Positions 24,238 to 33,704 of a stretch of 64,000 nt of DNA are shown here, piece by piece; the first letter of the stretch is position 1; each line of letters opens with the position of its first letter. The notes under the pieces are model-generated. The model was not told where the DNA came from, did no database searches, and saw nothing but the letters and a program-made list of their open reading frames with translations. The DNA lies in the NCBI GenBank assembly GCA_963847625.1, contig CAWKAR010000013.1, forward strand, positions 32,001 through 96,000. The letters run 5' to 3'. Made by a program: the position numbers and the translations under genes. The stretch comes from a candidate division FCPU426 bacterium (GTDB lineage: Bacteria > Oederibacteriota > Muellerivitia > Muellerivitales > Muellerivitaceae).

Positions 24238-25218
24238 TTAGTTTGAGTTTATAGATCTGCCTTCTATCAATCGCTCCCATTTCCAGCATGCGACGAGACA
24301 TCCCGATTCGGAATTCTGTAGTGATTGTAATTCCTGAAAACAACGGTTTTCTGTATACGGACATCTTGGGTGAAAAGAACATCCAGTAGATAAACTCACC
24401 GGGTTCGGGGGTTCGCCCTTCAACATGGTTTCCTTATATTCGCTGGCATCCAATAAGGTCTTGGTATAAGGATGCCTTGGGCGAGTTAAGATTTTTTCAG
24501 TATCACCCTGTTCTACTATCCGCCCTAAATACATTACTTGTATTCGGCGGCTCAAATATGCCACTACCTGCAAGTCATGCGAGATAAAGAGAAAACTGAT
24601 GCCGTGTTCACGGTTTAAATCCGAAAGCAAGTTTAAAATCGAAGCTTGAACTGAAATATCCAATGAAGAGACCGGTTCGTCAAGGACGATAAATTTCGGT
24701 TGGCAAGCAAGAGCTCGAGCCAAACCAATTCGTTGGCGTTGCCCCCCGGAAAATTCATGCGGATACTTATCAAGATCTTCTTTCGAAAGGCCAACTCGAA
24801 CGAGAGTTTCTATCACCCAAGAAATCTGTTTTCGAGGTTCGAATAACCCGTGAACTTCCAATGGTTCCAAAAGAAGGTTTTTAATACTTTGCCGCGGATT
24901 GAGGGAAGCAAATGGATTTTGAAATACCATTTGGTAATTTTTACGGTTTTTCTTTTTTTCAGCCGGATTCATCTCGAAAGGAGAGGCCCCTTCCCAAAGC
25001 ACTTCGCCCGCCGAAGGCTTTTCCAGGGCAACAATGCAACGACCTAACGTGCTCTTTCCGCAACCAGATTCTCCAACCAATCCAACAATTTCCCCTTGGT
25101 CGATTTGCATCGAAATATCGGCAAGTGCTTGTAGATTTGCAATCGCTTTCCCAAAAATTCCACGCTGAACAGGAAAGACTTTTTTTAGTTGTTTGATGGA
25201 TAAAAGCACCGAACCCAT
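24238..25218 (-). CDS. oppF: Oligopeptide/dipeptide ABC ATPase (OppF/DppF-like)
   Basis: GESGCGKST, FSGGQRQR, LDEPVSSLD, GCSFHPRCP; probable start 25218. Confidence 0.88.
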   Translation of the reverse strand: MGSVLLSIKQLKKVFPVQRGIFGKAIANLQALADISMQIDQGEIVGLVGESGCGKSTLGRCIVALEKPSAGEVLWEGASPFEMNPAEKKKNRKNYQMVFQNPFASLNPRQSIKNLLLEPLEVHGLFEPRKQISWVIETLVRVGLSKEDLDKYPHEFSGGQRQRIGLARALACQPKFIVLDEPVSSLDISVQASILNLLSDLNREHGISFLFISHDLQVVAYLSRRIQVMYLGRIVEQGDTEKILTRPRHPYTKTLLDASEYKETMLKGEPPNPVSLSTGCSFHPRCPYTENRCFQELQSLQNSESGCLVACWKWERLIEGRSINSN

Positions 25219-26168
25219 TGACTCCCTTTCCCGAAAGATAAAATAGGGTGACATTGAACGCATTGTGACTTCCGTTTGAGGCATCTATCGGCAAATGAAC
25301 ACCCAGGAAAGACATCAAAGGGCGTTGGCACATTACCCGGGATATTAGGCAATAAACTTCCCCGTCGATGTTTTTCAGGTAGTGAAGCTAGAAGGCTTTC
25401 CGTATATGGGTGTTGGGGATGTTCAAACAATTCTTTTGGCGTCCCCTGTTCAACGACTTGTCCTGCATAAAATATAATGACGCGATTTGAATGTTCACGA
25501 ACCAGTCGAAGATTATGGGTGATAAAAAGAAGCGCCATTTGGCGTTGGATGGTCATACGAATTAAAAGATCCAAAATCTGACTTTGAACAGTAACATCCA
25601 GGGCGGTAGTGGGCTCGTCCGCAATTAAGAGTGAAGGGCCACATGCCACTGCCATCGCGATCATTATCCTCTGGCACATTCCACCGGAAAGTTGAAATGG
25701 ATATTGCCGAAAAATCCTTTCCGGATCAGGCAATCCAACATCTTCCAATAGTTTTAAAGTTTTCGATCGGATGGAGAGTGAATCCAACCCAAGATGCAAA
25801 CCCAATGTTTCAGCTATTTGATGTCCAACCGCCATCACTGGATTTAAGGAAGAAAAAGGTTCTTGAAAAATAATACCTATTTCTTTGCCCCGTATATTCT
25901 TCCACTCCTTTAATGGTAGGCGATTTATTTCTATCCCCTTAAAAATAATCCTTCCATCTATCCATTCCATCGGCGGACGTGGTAAAAGACCCATGACCGA
26001 TAGAGCGGTCATACTTTTGCCACAACCCGATTCCCCAACGACTGAAACCCTTTCCCCCTCGGAAATGTTTAAGTCCACACCATTTAAAACCATACCAGGC
26101 TCAGGTCGCCTAGTATCATGTAATGCAATTCTAAGTTTCTCGATTTCCAGCAAAGTGCGATTATCCAT
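25185..26168 (-). CDS. oppD: Oligopeptide/dipeptide ABC ATPase (OppD/DppD-like)
   Basis: GESGCGKS, LSGGMCQR, ADEPTTALD, HPYTESLL, GCSFADRC. Confidence 0.9.
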   Translation of the reverse strand: MDNRTLLEIEKLRIALHDTRRPEPGMVLNGVDLNISEGERVSVVGESGCGKSMTALSVMGLLPRPPMEWIDGRIIFKGIEINRLPLKEWKNIRGKEIGIIFQEPFSSLNPVMAVGHQIAETLGLHLGLDSLSIRSKTLKLLEDVGLPDPERIFRQYPFQLSGGMCQRIMIAMAVACGPSLLIADEPTTALDVTVQSQILDLLIRMTIQRQMALLFITHNLRLVREHSNRVIIFYAGQVVEQGTPKELFEHPQHPYTESLLASLPEKHRRGSLLPNIPGNVPTPFDVFPGCSFADRCLKRKSQCVQCHPILSFGKGSQWVRCFYPSNN

Positions 26169-26240
26169 TCAGTAATAACCTTTAATGCCTTCCCTTTGAT
26201 TTGAAAATTAATTTAACCAATCAAGGCATCGATAGAAGGC

Positions 26241-27023
26241 TTAAATATTTTTAAGGTTTTTAAACTGGACTTCCAGGGAAGGAAAATCGATAACAGCGTA
26301 ATGTCCATCTTCAAGAAAACCCGGATTAACAACTGTAGTATTACCCATTCGGACCGTTCCCTGGCCCGATTTAGCACGGCCACAAAAAACCAATTTTGGA
26401 GAAACGCGCTCAATAATTTCATTGATGAGCAAAACACCACAATGTTTCCCCTCCGATAAATCCAGCCGGCAGACAGGGGGGGAATGAAACAATAATATTT
26501 TATCGCTTGGAAAATATTCCAACCGCCTGAGTGAAAACTCTACCCAGGTTCTGGAATATTGGAGAACTAAATCTCGATTGTCCTCGCTGAGTGTAATTTC
26601 GCCGCCAAACCCAGCAATAATAAATTGGTCTTCCCGGCACATCATTTCGTGTGCGGGTCTCAAGTTTGGATAAATATCGGCATAATTATATACCGTTCGA
26701 AAATAAACGGCTTCAGAAGCATCATTATAACCTGGAATTACATAAATGATTTTCTGTGTGTCCGCCAAAACAAGGAGGAATTGTTTTAAATATTCAGTGT
26801 CTTGTTCAATTTCCTTCTGTATTACTGGATTGGTTAGATCAGGTTTACTGTGGAATCGCCATGCAGTCTCATACTCGTTCAATCTTTTTTCACCCTTCAT
26901 AGAACCGCCACAATAAAAAATAACATCAGGTTCTTCATATTTAATCATCATCGGGATTAGGGAAAGATATTCGCTAGCGCCGCGATAATCTGATAGGCAA
27001 ATGAATTTCAAAAACTTCTCCAT
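26241..27023 (-). CDS. Icc-related metallophosphoesterase fold with degenerate metal ligands
   Basis: Motif positions read SDYRG, CGGS, IPGYND, FHSPP, FCGRAK, VVNPG. Confidence 0.7.
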   Translation of the reverse strand: MEKFLKFICLSDYRGASEYLSLIPMMIKYEEPDVIFYCGGSMKGEKRLNEYETAWRFHSKPDLTNPVIQKEIEQDTEYLKQFLLVLADTQKIIYVIPGYNDASEAVYFRTVYNYADIYPNLRPAHEMMCREDQFIIAGFGGEITLSEDNRDLVLQYSRTWVEFSLRRLEYFPSDKILLFHSPPVCRLDLSEGKHCGVLLINEIIERVSPKLVFCGRAKSGQGTVRMGNTTVVNPGFLEDGHYAVIDFPSLEVQFKNLKNI

Positions 27024-27081
27024 GACAAAATTGATTTAGATGCCATCCAAGCCAAAGATGATTTTTTAAATAAATCCCAGA

Positions 27082-27110
27082 TTGCTTCGCGAAAAGTTTT
27101 TCGCTACAAT
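27082..27110 (+). promoter_or_regulatory. Sigma70 promoter with a palindromic spacer
   Basis: TTGCTT-17-TACAAT; the spacer holds GCGAAAA-GT-TTTTCGC. Confidence 0.6.
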
Positions 27111-27157
27111 TTTACTCCACAAGCCTATAACACTCAACCACAGCTAAAAAAACCATT

Positions 27158-28480
27158 ATGCCAAAAATTCAAAATCCCTACTTTGCAATGCCAGATGGAA
27201 CGCTCAAACACATTAATCCATTGACCGGCACGGAAGTATGGACTGTACCGACCAGGGCGCACCGCCCTTTTTATAACCGACCTATCAAACCGCCAAAATC
27301 GTTACTTAAGGGTGAAAAGGAGAATTTCTGCGACTTTTGTTTTTCCGAATATTTCAGGACTCCCCCCGAAAAGTCCCGATTAATTCAAAAATCTGATGGG
27401 CAATATCAAATTCTCGAGAAATTGAACCCCGACATGATCGAAGCTTCTAAAGCGGTTTTTCGCCGGGTTGCGAATCTCTTCGAAATTGTGACCATCGATT
27501 ACTGGAAAAAAAACCATGGCTTTCAACTCTCGCCTTCACAAATCCATTGGCGTCAAAGTTATTTGGGCAATCCAAGAGGTATGGAACATGTTCTCCGCAT
27601 AATTGATAATAAATTGAACCTCAGCGTTCAAGATCCCGAAGGAATTTCTCATATTAGCACTGATGAAAAAATTGCCATGGCCGACGCTTTTTTTGGGGGT
27701 AGTCATGAATTAGTTATCGCAGGGCATCATTACAAACCAGATGCGGAATACGATAATGAGCTTTTTTCATCCGGTGAAATGTCTCCTGATGAGCATTACA
27801 GATATATGCGTTTTACGATTGATGCCATTTCAGACATTTATGTTAATAATAAATTTGTCCGTTACGTCACGGTTTTTCAAAATTGGTTGGAGTCAGCCGG
27901 TGCTTCCTTGGAACATTTGCACAAACAACTAGTCGGTTTGGACGAATGGGGAACCTCCATTCAATATGAAGTCGATATCGCAAAAGAAAATCCCAATATT
28001 TACAATGAATCCATAGTCAATTTTTCAGCTCTGCATAATTTAATATTCGCGGAAAATGATTATGCCCTCGCTTTATCCGAAATTGGCCACCGCTATCCCA
28101 CACTCGCCATTTACTCAAAAAGCTCCCATCCACGACCAGCCGAGCATACCGAGGAAGAACTTCGGGGATTTTCAGATTTAGTTCATGCCTGCCATGCGGC
28201 AATGGGTGCACAATGTCCATGCAATGAGGAATGGTACTATTCTCCCCCAGACGCGGTAAATGTTATGCCTTGGCATATCCTCATTAAATGGAGAGCCATT
28301 AATTTAGCTGGATTCGAGGGGGGAACAAAAATCTATATCAATCCCATTTCCCCAAGCTCGCTCAGGGATATGGTAGTTCCAAGACTTTACCAATTAAGGA
28401 ATGAGGGCAAAATAAAAAATATTCGAATTGCCACGGAATGTCATATAAAACCCGATCCCCTTCTTTACTGTAAAAAATAA
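27158..28480 (+). CDS. DUF4921 family (GalT/HIT-like nucleotidyltransferase fold)
   Basis: DGTLKHINPLTGTEVWTVP, FQNWLESAGASLEHLHKQLV, AGFEGGTKI. Confidence 0.8.
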   Translation: MPKIQNPYFAMPDGTLKHINPLTGTEVWTVPTRAHRPFYNRPIKPPKSLLKGEKENFCDFCFSEYFRTPPEKSRLIQKSDGQYQILEKLNPDMIEASKAVFRRVANLFEIVTIDYWKKNHGFQLSPSQIHWRQSYLGNPRGMEHVLRIIDNKLNLSVQDPEGISHISTDEKIAMADAFFGGSHELVIAGHHYKPDAEYDNELFSSGEMSPDEHYRYMRFTIDAISDIYVNNKFVRYVTVFQNWLESAGASLEHLHKQLVGLDEWGTSIQYEVDIAKENPNIYNESIVNFSALHNLIFAENDYALALSEIGHRYPTLAIYSKSSHPRPAEHTEEELRGFSDLVHACHAAMGAQCPCNEEWYYSPPDAVNVMPWHILIKWRAINLAGFEGGTKIYINPISPSSLRDMVVPRLYQLRNEGKIKNIRIATECHIKPDPLLYCKK

Positions 28481-30910
28481 TCAATCTCTCGAAATGTTAA
28501 GTCCAAATCCTTGGTAAAAGCCGATCGCCTTCCTCTTTTCCTCCCTCAACCAATCGGCCCTTTTTTGCGCTCGCTGTTTCCATAATTCGGATTCATGAAA
28601 CTGTTTTTCATATTCAAGATAGGACACCAACATCCCATAAAGTTCCAGGCTTTGAAAACCAAGCCCAAAAGCTCTTTTCCCATATTCAATGGCCTTTCGG
28701 GGCCTGCCGAGAAACATTTCTATATCCGCTCTTTTAGCCCAGGCCAAAGCTAAATTTGGATACTCCACCGTCCATTCCAGTGCCGTTTGACAGGCTTGCT
28801 GCTGAAGTCCACCATTGAGTGTAAACTTCCCAATATGAACCAAGCGGCTTTCCTGTAAACCCGGCAACTGCAAAAGGGGGCTTGGATGCGACGCCGGGGT
28901 CCATCTCACTTTGTAAACAAATGTGTTTTCTCCCTGAAAGATGGGTTCCATAAAACACTTCCAAAAAAGCTCGTACTCGGAAATTGGCATTCCTTCCAAG
29001 TTGAAATCCTTTTCCTTAATAGACATGAATTCCGCTTCATTCCGCTGGTACAGGAAATAAGAAACTCCCTCCTTTCGAAGCCGCGCAGCTAATTCTCCCG
29101 CTGTCCGGCACGACGAGGCCCACTTCAAAAAAATCGGGCGTTTCCAAAAGAAATCCACAAAAGCGGTTCGTTGGAGGGGATATGTTTGGTAAAAGCCGAA
29201 AGCCAACACTTTGTCACGGGAATCCGAGTTCACTTCGATTTGGCGATAGGCTGCGAAAGTGTCCCAGTCGTAATAATAATTCCTCTTGAGTTTCTCAAGG
29301 TTGCTTTCAAATCCCAATGCGGAAACATAAGGCGCGGTTGAAGTAATTTGGGCGGACAAACAGAGCCAAATTGACAATAAGATCCCGACAGCGAAAGCCA
29401 CACGAGGTCCGGATTCTTTTTCCTTGAAAGCTGTTTCCCAAACCATGGCCGCCAATAAAGCCAGAACAAGGGCACCACCCCCGGCGTGACGAAAGTTGGT
29501 ACAGAATATAACCCAACCCGCAAAGAAAACGACCGCGAACGTGGCTAGAAATATCCCGAGCCGGGTTTTCAATGGCTTGAAAGCCCACGGCAGTGCCATG
29601 AAAACCAGGGGCGTCCATGCCGCATTGACTGAGTTCTCAGCTGAAAAAAAGACCCGTCCCAATATTTTTAAAACACCCCGGAGCGAGAAACCACCTGGTA
29701 AACCTGTATCCGCCCATAAATTCGCTTCCAATAATTTGTTATATTCAGGAGGCCCGCCAAAAATCAAAGTCGCAAGGGGATAAACTGGGTTTCCATTGGC
29801 CAATATGTTTTTTAAGACCCACGGTGTAATAGGAATGGCAAAAAGCAAGAAACATTTCCAATCCGGTTTAAGCCCGGAATGTTTTTTCATCCATCCAAAA
29901 ATCAGAATTATTCCACAAGCCGCAATCGCGAAAACCGCAGTGTATTTCACTGTGAACGAACATCCCAAAATAAACGCTGTGACATAAAGCCAGTTTTTTT
30001 CAATGGGGCTTTCCAAGGCCTTCCACAAGCAATAAACCGCCGTAATTTCAAACAGGGTCATGAAACCTTCCACATACCCCCAGGCAAAGATAGCCATGAA
30101 AAAAGGACAACTCCAAAAAATCCAGGCGCCCTGTTTACCCTTTCCATTCCACTCCCCGGCAAAAAGGCAAAACAGCCATGCCATCAAAACCGCCGCCAAA
30201 CCGCCCGACATTACAGAAAGGGTCTCTCCGCCCAAATTCCAAAAACCGGCTAAAATCAACTCCGCGGATTTGGGCATGTCCCCCGTGTGATTTGTCCAAT
30301 GAAAAGGGATTTGGTGGAGCCGGGAAACTTCCTTGGCGTAGCGAAAATGATCCAGTACGGCATCCCAGACGATGGGCGGGGAAATGTATTCAAAAAGCCA
30401 CAATATAATTGGAAAAGCCAATAGCCATGACACCCAACCGTTTCCCCGAATACAGCCTGATATAAATGAATATTCTTTAAGCTGTTTCCAACCGGCCTCA
30501 ACCATCGGCAAAAAGAACAATAGGGTCAACGGCCAATAGAGGATTTCATTGGTCCCCAAGCCAAAAACGTATAGCGAAAACAAAGCAAGGCTTATAACCA
30601 TCCCCAAAAAAACGGCAATGGGTTTATTCATTTTCTCGAATAATATTTTCTGGAAGGCACGGGCCCAGCCCAGCAACCCCAACCCGATGAGAAAGATCCA
30701 AAAAAAAGCAGCCAGTCTTTGCTCCCACAAAGGAAGAAAAAACAAAAAATTCCATTCAGAATCTTTTAATAAACGCAGGGATGGAAAAAAAGTGGATTTA
30801 CCGACGCTGTAAGTAAATACAGTTAGAATCAAGAAGGAGGCTACGGTTTTTTTCAACGGTTTCACCTTCTCGTGAGGGATCTCTCGGGGAAAATCGGGTC
30901 GGATTGACAA
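28481..30910 (-). CDS. Multi-pass GT-C-like membrane protein with C-terminal TPR; start uncertain
   Basis: PPIVWDAVLDH, VKYTA, PWVLKNILANGNPVYP; more than 12 TM segments. Confidence 0.7.
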   Translation of the reverse strand: MSIRPDFPREIPHEKVKPLKKTVASFLILTVFTYSVGKSTFFPSLRLLKDSEWNFLFFLPLWEQRLAAFFWIFLIGLGLLGWARAFQKILFEKMNKPIAVFLGMVISLALFSLYVFGLGTNEILYWPLTLLFFLPMVEAGWKQLKEYSFISGCIRGNGWVSWLLAFPIILWLFEYISPPIVWDAVLDHFRYAKEVSRLHQIPFHWTNHTGDMPKSAELILAGFWNLGGETLSVMSGGLAAVLMAWLFCLFAGEWNGKGKQGAWIFWSCPFFMAIFAWGYVEGFMTLFEITAVYCLWKALESPIEKNWLYVTAFILGCSFTVKYTAVFAIAACGIILIFGWMKKHSGLKPDWKCFLLFAIPITPWVLKNILANGNPVYPLATLIFGGPPEYNKLLEANLWADTGLPGGFSLRGVLKILGRVFFSAENSVNAAWTPLVFMALPWAFKPLKTRLGIFLATFAVVFFAGWVIFCTNFRHAGGGALVLALLAAMVWETAFKEKESGPRVAFAVGILLSIWLCLSAQITSTAPYVSALGFESNLEKLKRNYYYDWDTFAAYRQIEVNSDSRDKVLAFGFYQTYPLQRTAFVDFFWKRPIFLKWASSCRTAGELAARLRKEGVSYFLYQRNEAEFMSIKEKDFNLEGMPISEYELFWKCFMEPIFQGENTFVYKVRWTPASHPSPLLQLPGLQESRLVHIGKFTLNGGLQQQACQTALEWTVEYPNLALAWAKRADIEMFLGRPRKAIEYGKRAFGLGFQSLELYGMLVSYLEYEKQFHESELWKQRAQKRADWLREEKRKAIGFYQGFGLNISRD

Positions 30911-30931
30911 TCAAGAGTCGAGAGTTATAAT
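30904..30931 (+). promoter_or_regulatory. Consensus sigma70 promoter for tRNA-Leu
   Basis: TTGACA-16-TATAAT, about 30 nt upstream of the tRNA. Confidence 0.8.
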
Positions 30932-30963
30932 ACGCCTTCTTTATCTAAAAAAGTTTCGAAAAA

Positions 30964-31046
30964 GCCCGAGTGGTGGAATTGGCAGACACGTACGCTTGAG
31001 GTGCGTATGGGCGACCGTGCGGGTTCGAGTCCCGCCTCGGGCACCA
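30964..31046 (+). tRNA. tRNA-Leu(GAG)
   Basis: GCCCGAG acceptor stem, TACGC-TTGAGGT-GCGTA anticodon arm, variable arm, GGTTCGAGTCC, encoded CCA. Confidence 0.96.
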
Positions 31047-31061
31047 ATCTTTCCTTGTAAA

Positions 31062-31081
31062 ATGGCGACCTGAGTCGCCAT
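31062..31081. terminator. Hairpin downstream of tRNA-Leu
   Basis: ATGGCGAC-ctga-GTCGCCAT between convergent genes. Confidence 0.55.
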
Positions 31082-31170
31082 AAATAAGAGTTTGGCACGT
31101 ACTTGGGTTCTATATTAAATTTCAAATTGGAAACCCAAGTGCACCATTTCTTCAAATATTCTATGCCAGG

Positions 31171-32256
31171 TCAGTTTTTTATCTTATCCTTCAAAGCCAG
31201 TGCGTCCGGATTGTCCGGTTTATAGGACAAAGAAATTTTCAAGTAATATGCGGCATCCTTGGAATTGCCTTCCTCAAAAAGAACGGATGCCACCGCAGAG
31301 TAATAAACTGATCTCATTGCAGTAATTTCCTTTCCCGTTATCCCCTGCTTTTGCAGTTCATTAAAAAAAGCCTTTGCATCCTGTCCCAACTGGACAATTT
31401 GTTGGTTTTTTATCCGATTTGGGACGATTTCAGTTTTCAATTGGCCCAAGGAAGCCTTCGCATCCAAGGGCTCGTCCCACCAGCCATTAGCGGCCTTGTG
31501 TTTTTTCATTTCCGGATTTAGGGCACTGAATGCCCCGGTATTTTTCGCATCAGGGTTCGCCTTTGCTTCCACGATCGGCGTCGCGACAACAACTGAAAAA
31601 CCTGACCAACCATTGGCCGTTAGAACAATTTTTCTATCCACGAATTGAGCCTTTAAATCGTCCCAATAAAAAACGTGTTCGGCGGAACTCTCATTTTTCG
31701 GTTTTTCTTTCGAAGAGCACCAAACTTCGGGCCCATGCCCGCCCGCTTTTAAATCAATGGATATCGCGGGAGCCATGGCCTCCAAAACTTGTTTTATGTT
31801 CCCATTGATATAGGCAAAACCTTTTAAGACTTGGTTTCCTTTCAAATCGTCCCTTTGGAGGAGCATAAAAGATCGTTTTTTATCCGATTGGGTTATTACT
31901 TTTATCCAAAGGACCGGGCCGCCGTCATCCTCGAAATTTTTGATGTACTTTTTCTTTGTGGGATCGTAAAAACAAACGACTAATGTTTGGTCATGGGGTT
32001 TGTCCAATTCGTTGACCGGTATGGCTTGCCGGTAAACTAAAATCATGTCCTCCTCGCCCAAACCGCGAATATCCTCAAAATCGAAAAGGCCTTTACTTTC
32101 AATCTTTCCATCGTCTGAAAGCCAGGGAAGGTTTTCCAAAAGATGGTTCGGGGGTAATACGGAATCCGTCACCTGATTCTGGCCCCAAGCAAGGCTTGCC
32201 AGGAGTAAAAAAGGAAAAGTAAAAAAGGAAAATCTTTTCAAGAGACCATAACCCAT
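31171..32256 (-). CDS. Secreted hypothetical protein with a C-terminal TPR-like helix pair
   Basis: GGAGG SD before the ATG at 32256; signal peptide ...LLLASLAWG; C-terminal AAYYLKISLSYKPDNPDA. Confidence 0.7.
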   Translation of the reverse strand: MGYGLLKRFSFFTFPFLLLASLAWGQNQVTDSVLPPNHLLENLPWLSDDGKIESKGLFDFEDIRGLGEEDMILVYRQAIPVNELDKPHDQTLVVCFYDPTKKKYIKNFEDDGGPVLWIKVITQSDKKRSFMLLQRDDLKGNQVLKGFAYINGNIKQVLEAMAPAISIDLKAGGHGPEVWCSSKEKPKNESSAEHVFYWDDLKAQFVDRKIVLTANGWSGFSVVVATPIVEAKANPDAKNTGAFSALNPEMKKHKAANGWWDEPLDAKASLGQLKTEIVPNRIKNQQIVQLGQDAKAFFNELQKQGITGKEITAMRSVYYSAVASVLFEEGNSKDAAYYLKISLSYKPDNPDALALKDKIKN

Positions 32257-32423
32257 AAAGCCTCCAACCGATAAATTTGGAAAATTAACTTGAAAATCAA
32301 ATTTTATTGTCAAAATCACCGTTAAGTTTTCAATCACTTATTACCATGAAAATCTAGACCCAAATAAGAAAATTTGAAAACGAATCACTTTACATGTACC
32401 GAGTATACAAAGTTTAGAAAATT

Positions 32424-33428
32424 TTATGGTTGTAACCAACCATTTTCTAAATAAAACCGCGCGGTGTCCACAATACCCTTCCTGATATCGATTCGTGGTG
32501 TGAAGGATAATTCGCGCCGAATTTTACGATTACTACAAACCCACCCGGGAGCTGCGGCTTCCTTAACCTTGTCTTTGCTGACGATCGGCGGCAACAAGGG
32601 CTTGCCAGTCCAAGAAGCCGCCCAATCTCCCAACGAGGCCACTATTCTAACGATTCCGAGGGGAACATTGAATGTTTTATACGTCTTTTTCAAGACATTT
32701 CCAATAAGTTGAGCCAACTCATTCCAGCTGATATCTTGACCGTCGGAAACGAAGAAAGTTCGTCCGTTGGCTTTGAGGCTCTGACTCGCGAGCAAGATTG
32801 CCTCCACCAGATCTGCCACATGGATGAAACTAACCCTTTGGTTGCCATCGCCCGAGTTCAACACCAATCCCCTGTTAACCATTCTGAAGTACTCGAATAG
32901 ATCCGTTTCCCGCTGGCCATAAACGACACCAGGTCTCAAAATCGAAACCTGGAATTTACCGTTGAATGCCTGGACGATTTTTTCCCCTTCTAATTTGGTT
33001 TGCCCGTAAAAGCTGATGGGGCGGCAAGGCATGGTTTCATCGATTTCCGAATTAACCTCGGATGGCCCTGCGGCGGAAAGCGAGCTGATATAAGTCAACC
33101 GCTTGACGGTTCCAGCCTCCGCGGCGGCCCAACAAATATTCCAAGTCCCGGCCACATTTACCTTTCGATAACTCGATAGGTCGGAACCCCTTAAAACCCC
33201 AGCCAAATGGTAGATCGCCCTTACATTCCTGGTGGCCGTTCGGACTGATTCCAAATCCGTCACGTCACCGTAGCATAATTCCATTCCCGGAAGAAGTTGA
33301 AAAGGAAGACGACTCGTAGTGCGTACTAGAAGTTTTATTTTAATCTTTTGCTTGGCTAGGGTTTCAGCCAAATGGCTTCCCACAAAACCACTTGCGCCAG
33401 TGATTAAGACCGGAGAAAGAAATTTCAT
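32424..33428 (-). CDS. Extended SDR/NAD-dependent epimerase; candidate ceramide reductase (CerR-like)
   Basis: ITGASGFVG, HLAG, SSLSA, YGQTK; divergent from the spt-like gene. Confidence 0.8.
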   Translation of the reverse strand: MKFLSPVLITGASGFVGSHLAETLAKQKIKIKLLVRTTSRLPFQLLPGMELCYGDVTDLESVRTATRNVRAIYHLAGVLRGSDLSSYRKVNVAGTWNICWAAAEAGTVKRLTYISSLSAAGPSEVNSEIDETMPCRPISFYGQTKLEGEKIVQAFNGKFQVSILRPGVVYGQRETDLFEYFRMVNRGLVLNSGDGNQRVSFIHVADLVEAILLASQSLKANGRTFFVSDGQDISWNELAQLIGNVLKKTYKTFNVPLGIVRIVASLGDWAASWTGKPLLPPIVSKDKVKEAAAPGWVCSNRKIRRELSFTPRIDIRKGIVDTARFYLENGWLQP

Positions 33429-33704
33429 AGTTGCCGGGATTTACTGGCAAAATGTTTGATAAACATAGTTCACCATCCTATAATAACCCGGCCTTCAGCA
33501 ACAACATTTGCATGATCTTCATCCCGCTTGAATTCCCCCAGGGATTGGGGCATCGGGCCGTTAATGAGGTGTCGAGCTTTTTGGGGCCTTAAAACAGCAA
33601 ATTCGCTGCCATTCTCAATAGGTTCTTCCAAATTCGGTGGCTGTTTAAGACGAAATGAATCAAAAACAGAAGCCGCGGATAAAACTTTTTTAACATGAGG
33701 ATTT

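Noticed and set aside
30925..31155. 76-aa minus-strand ORF
   Set aside because: Antisense to tRNA-Leu (LVPEAGLEPAR is a typical tRNA shadow).
30964..31170. Genomic island integrated at tRNA-Leu
   Set aside because: No integrase and no duplicated tRNA-Leu 3' end found in the window.
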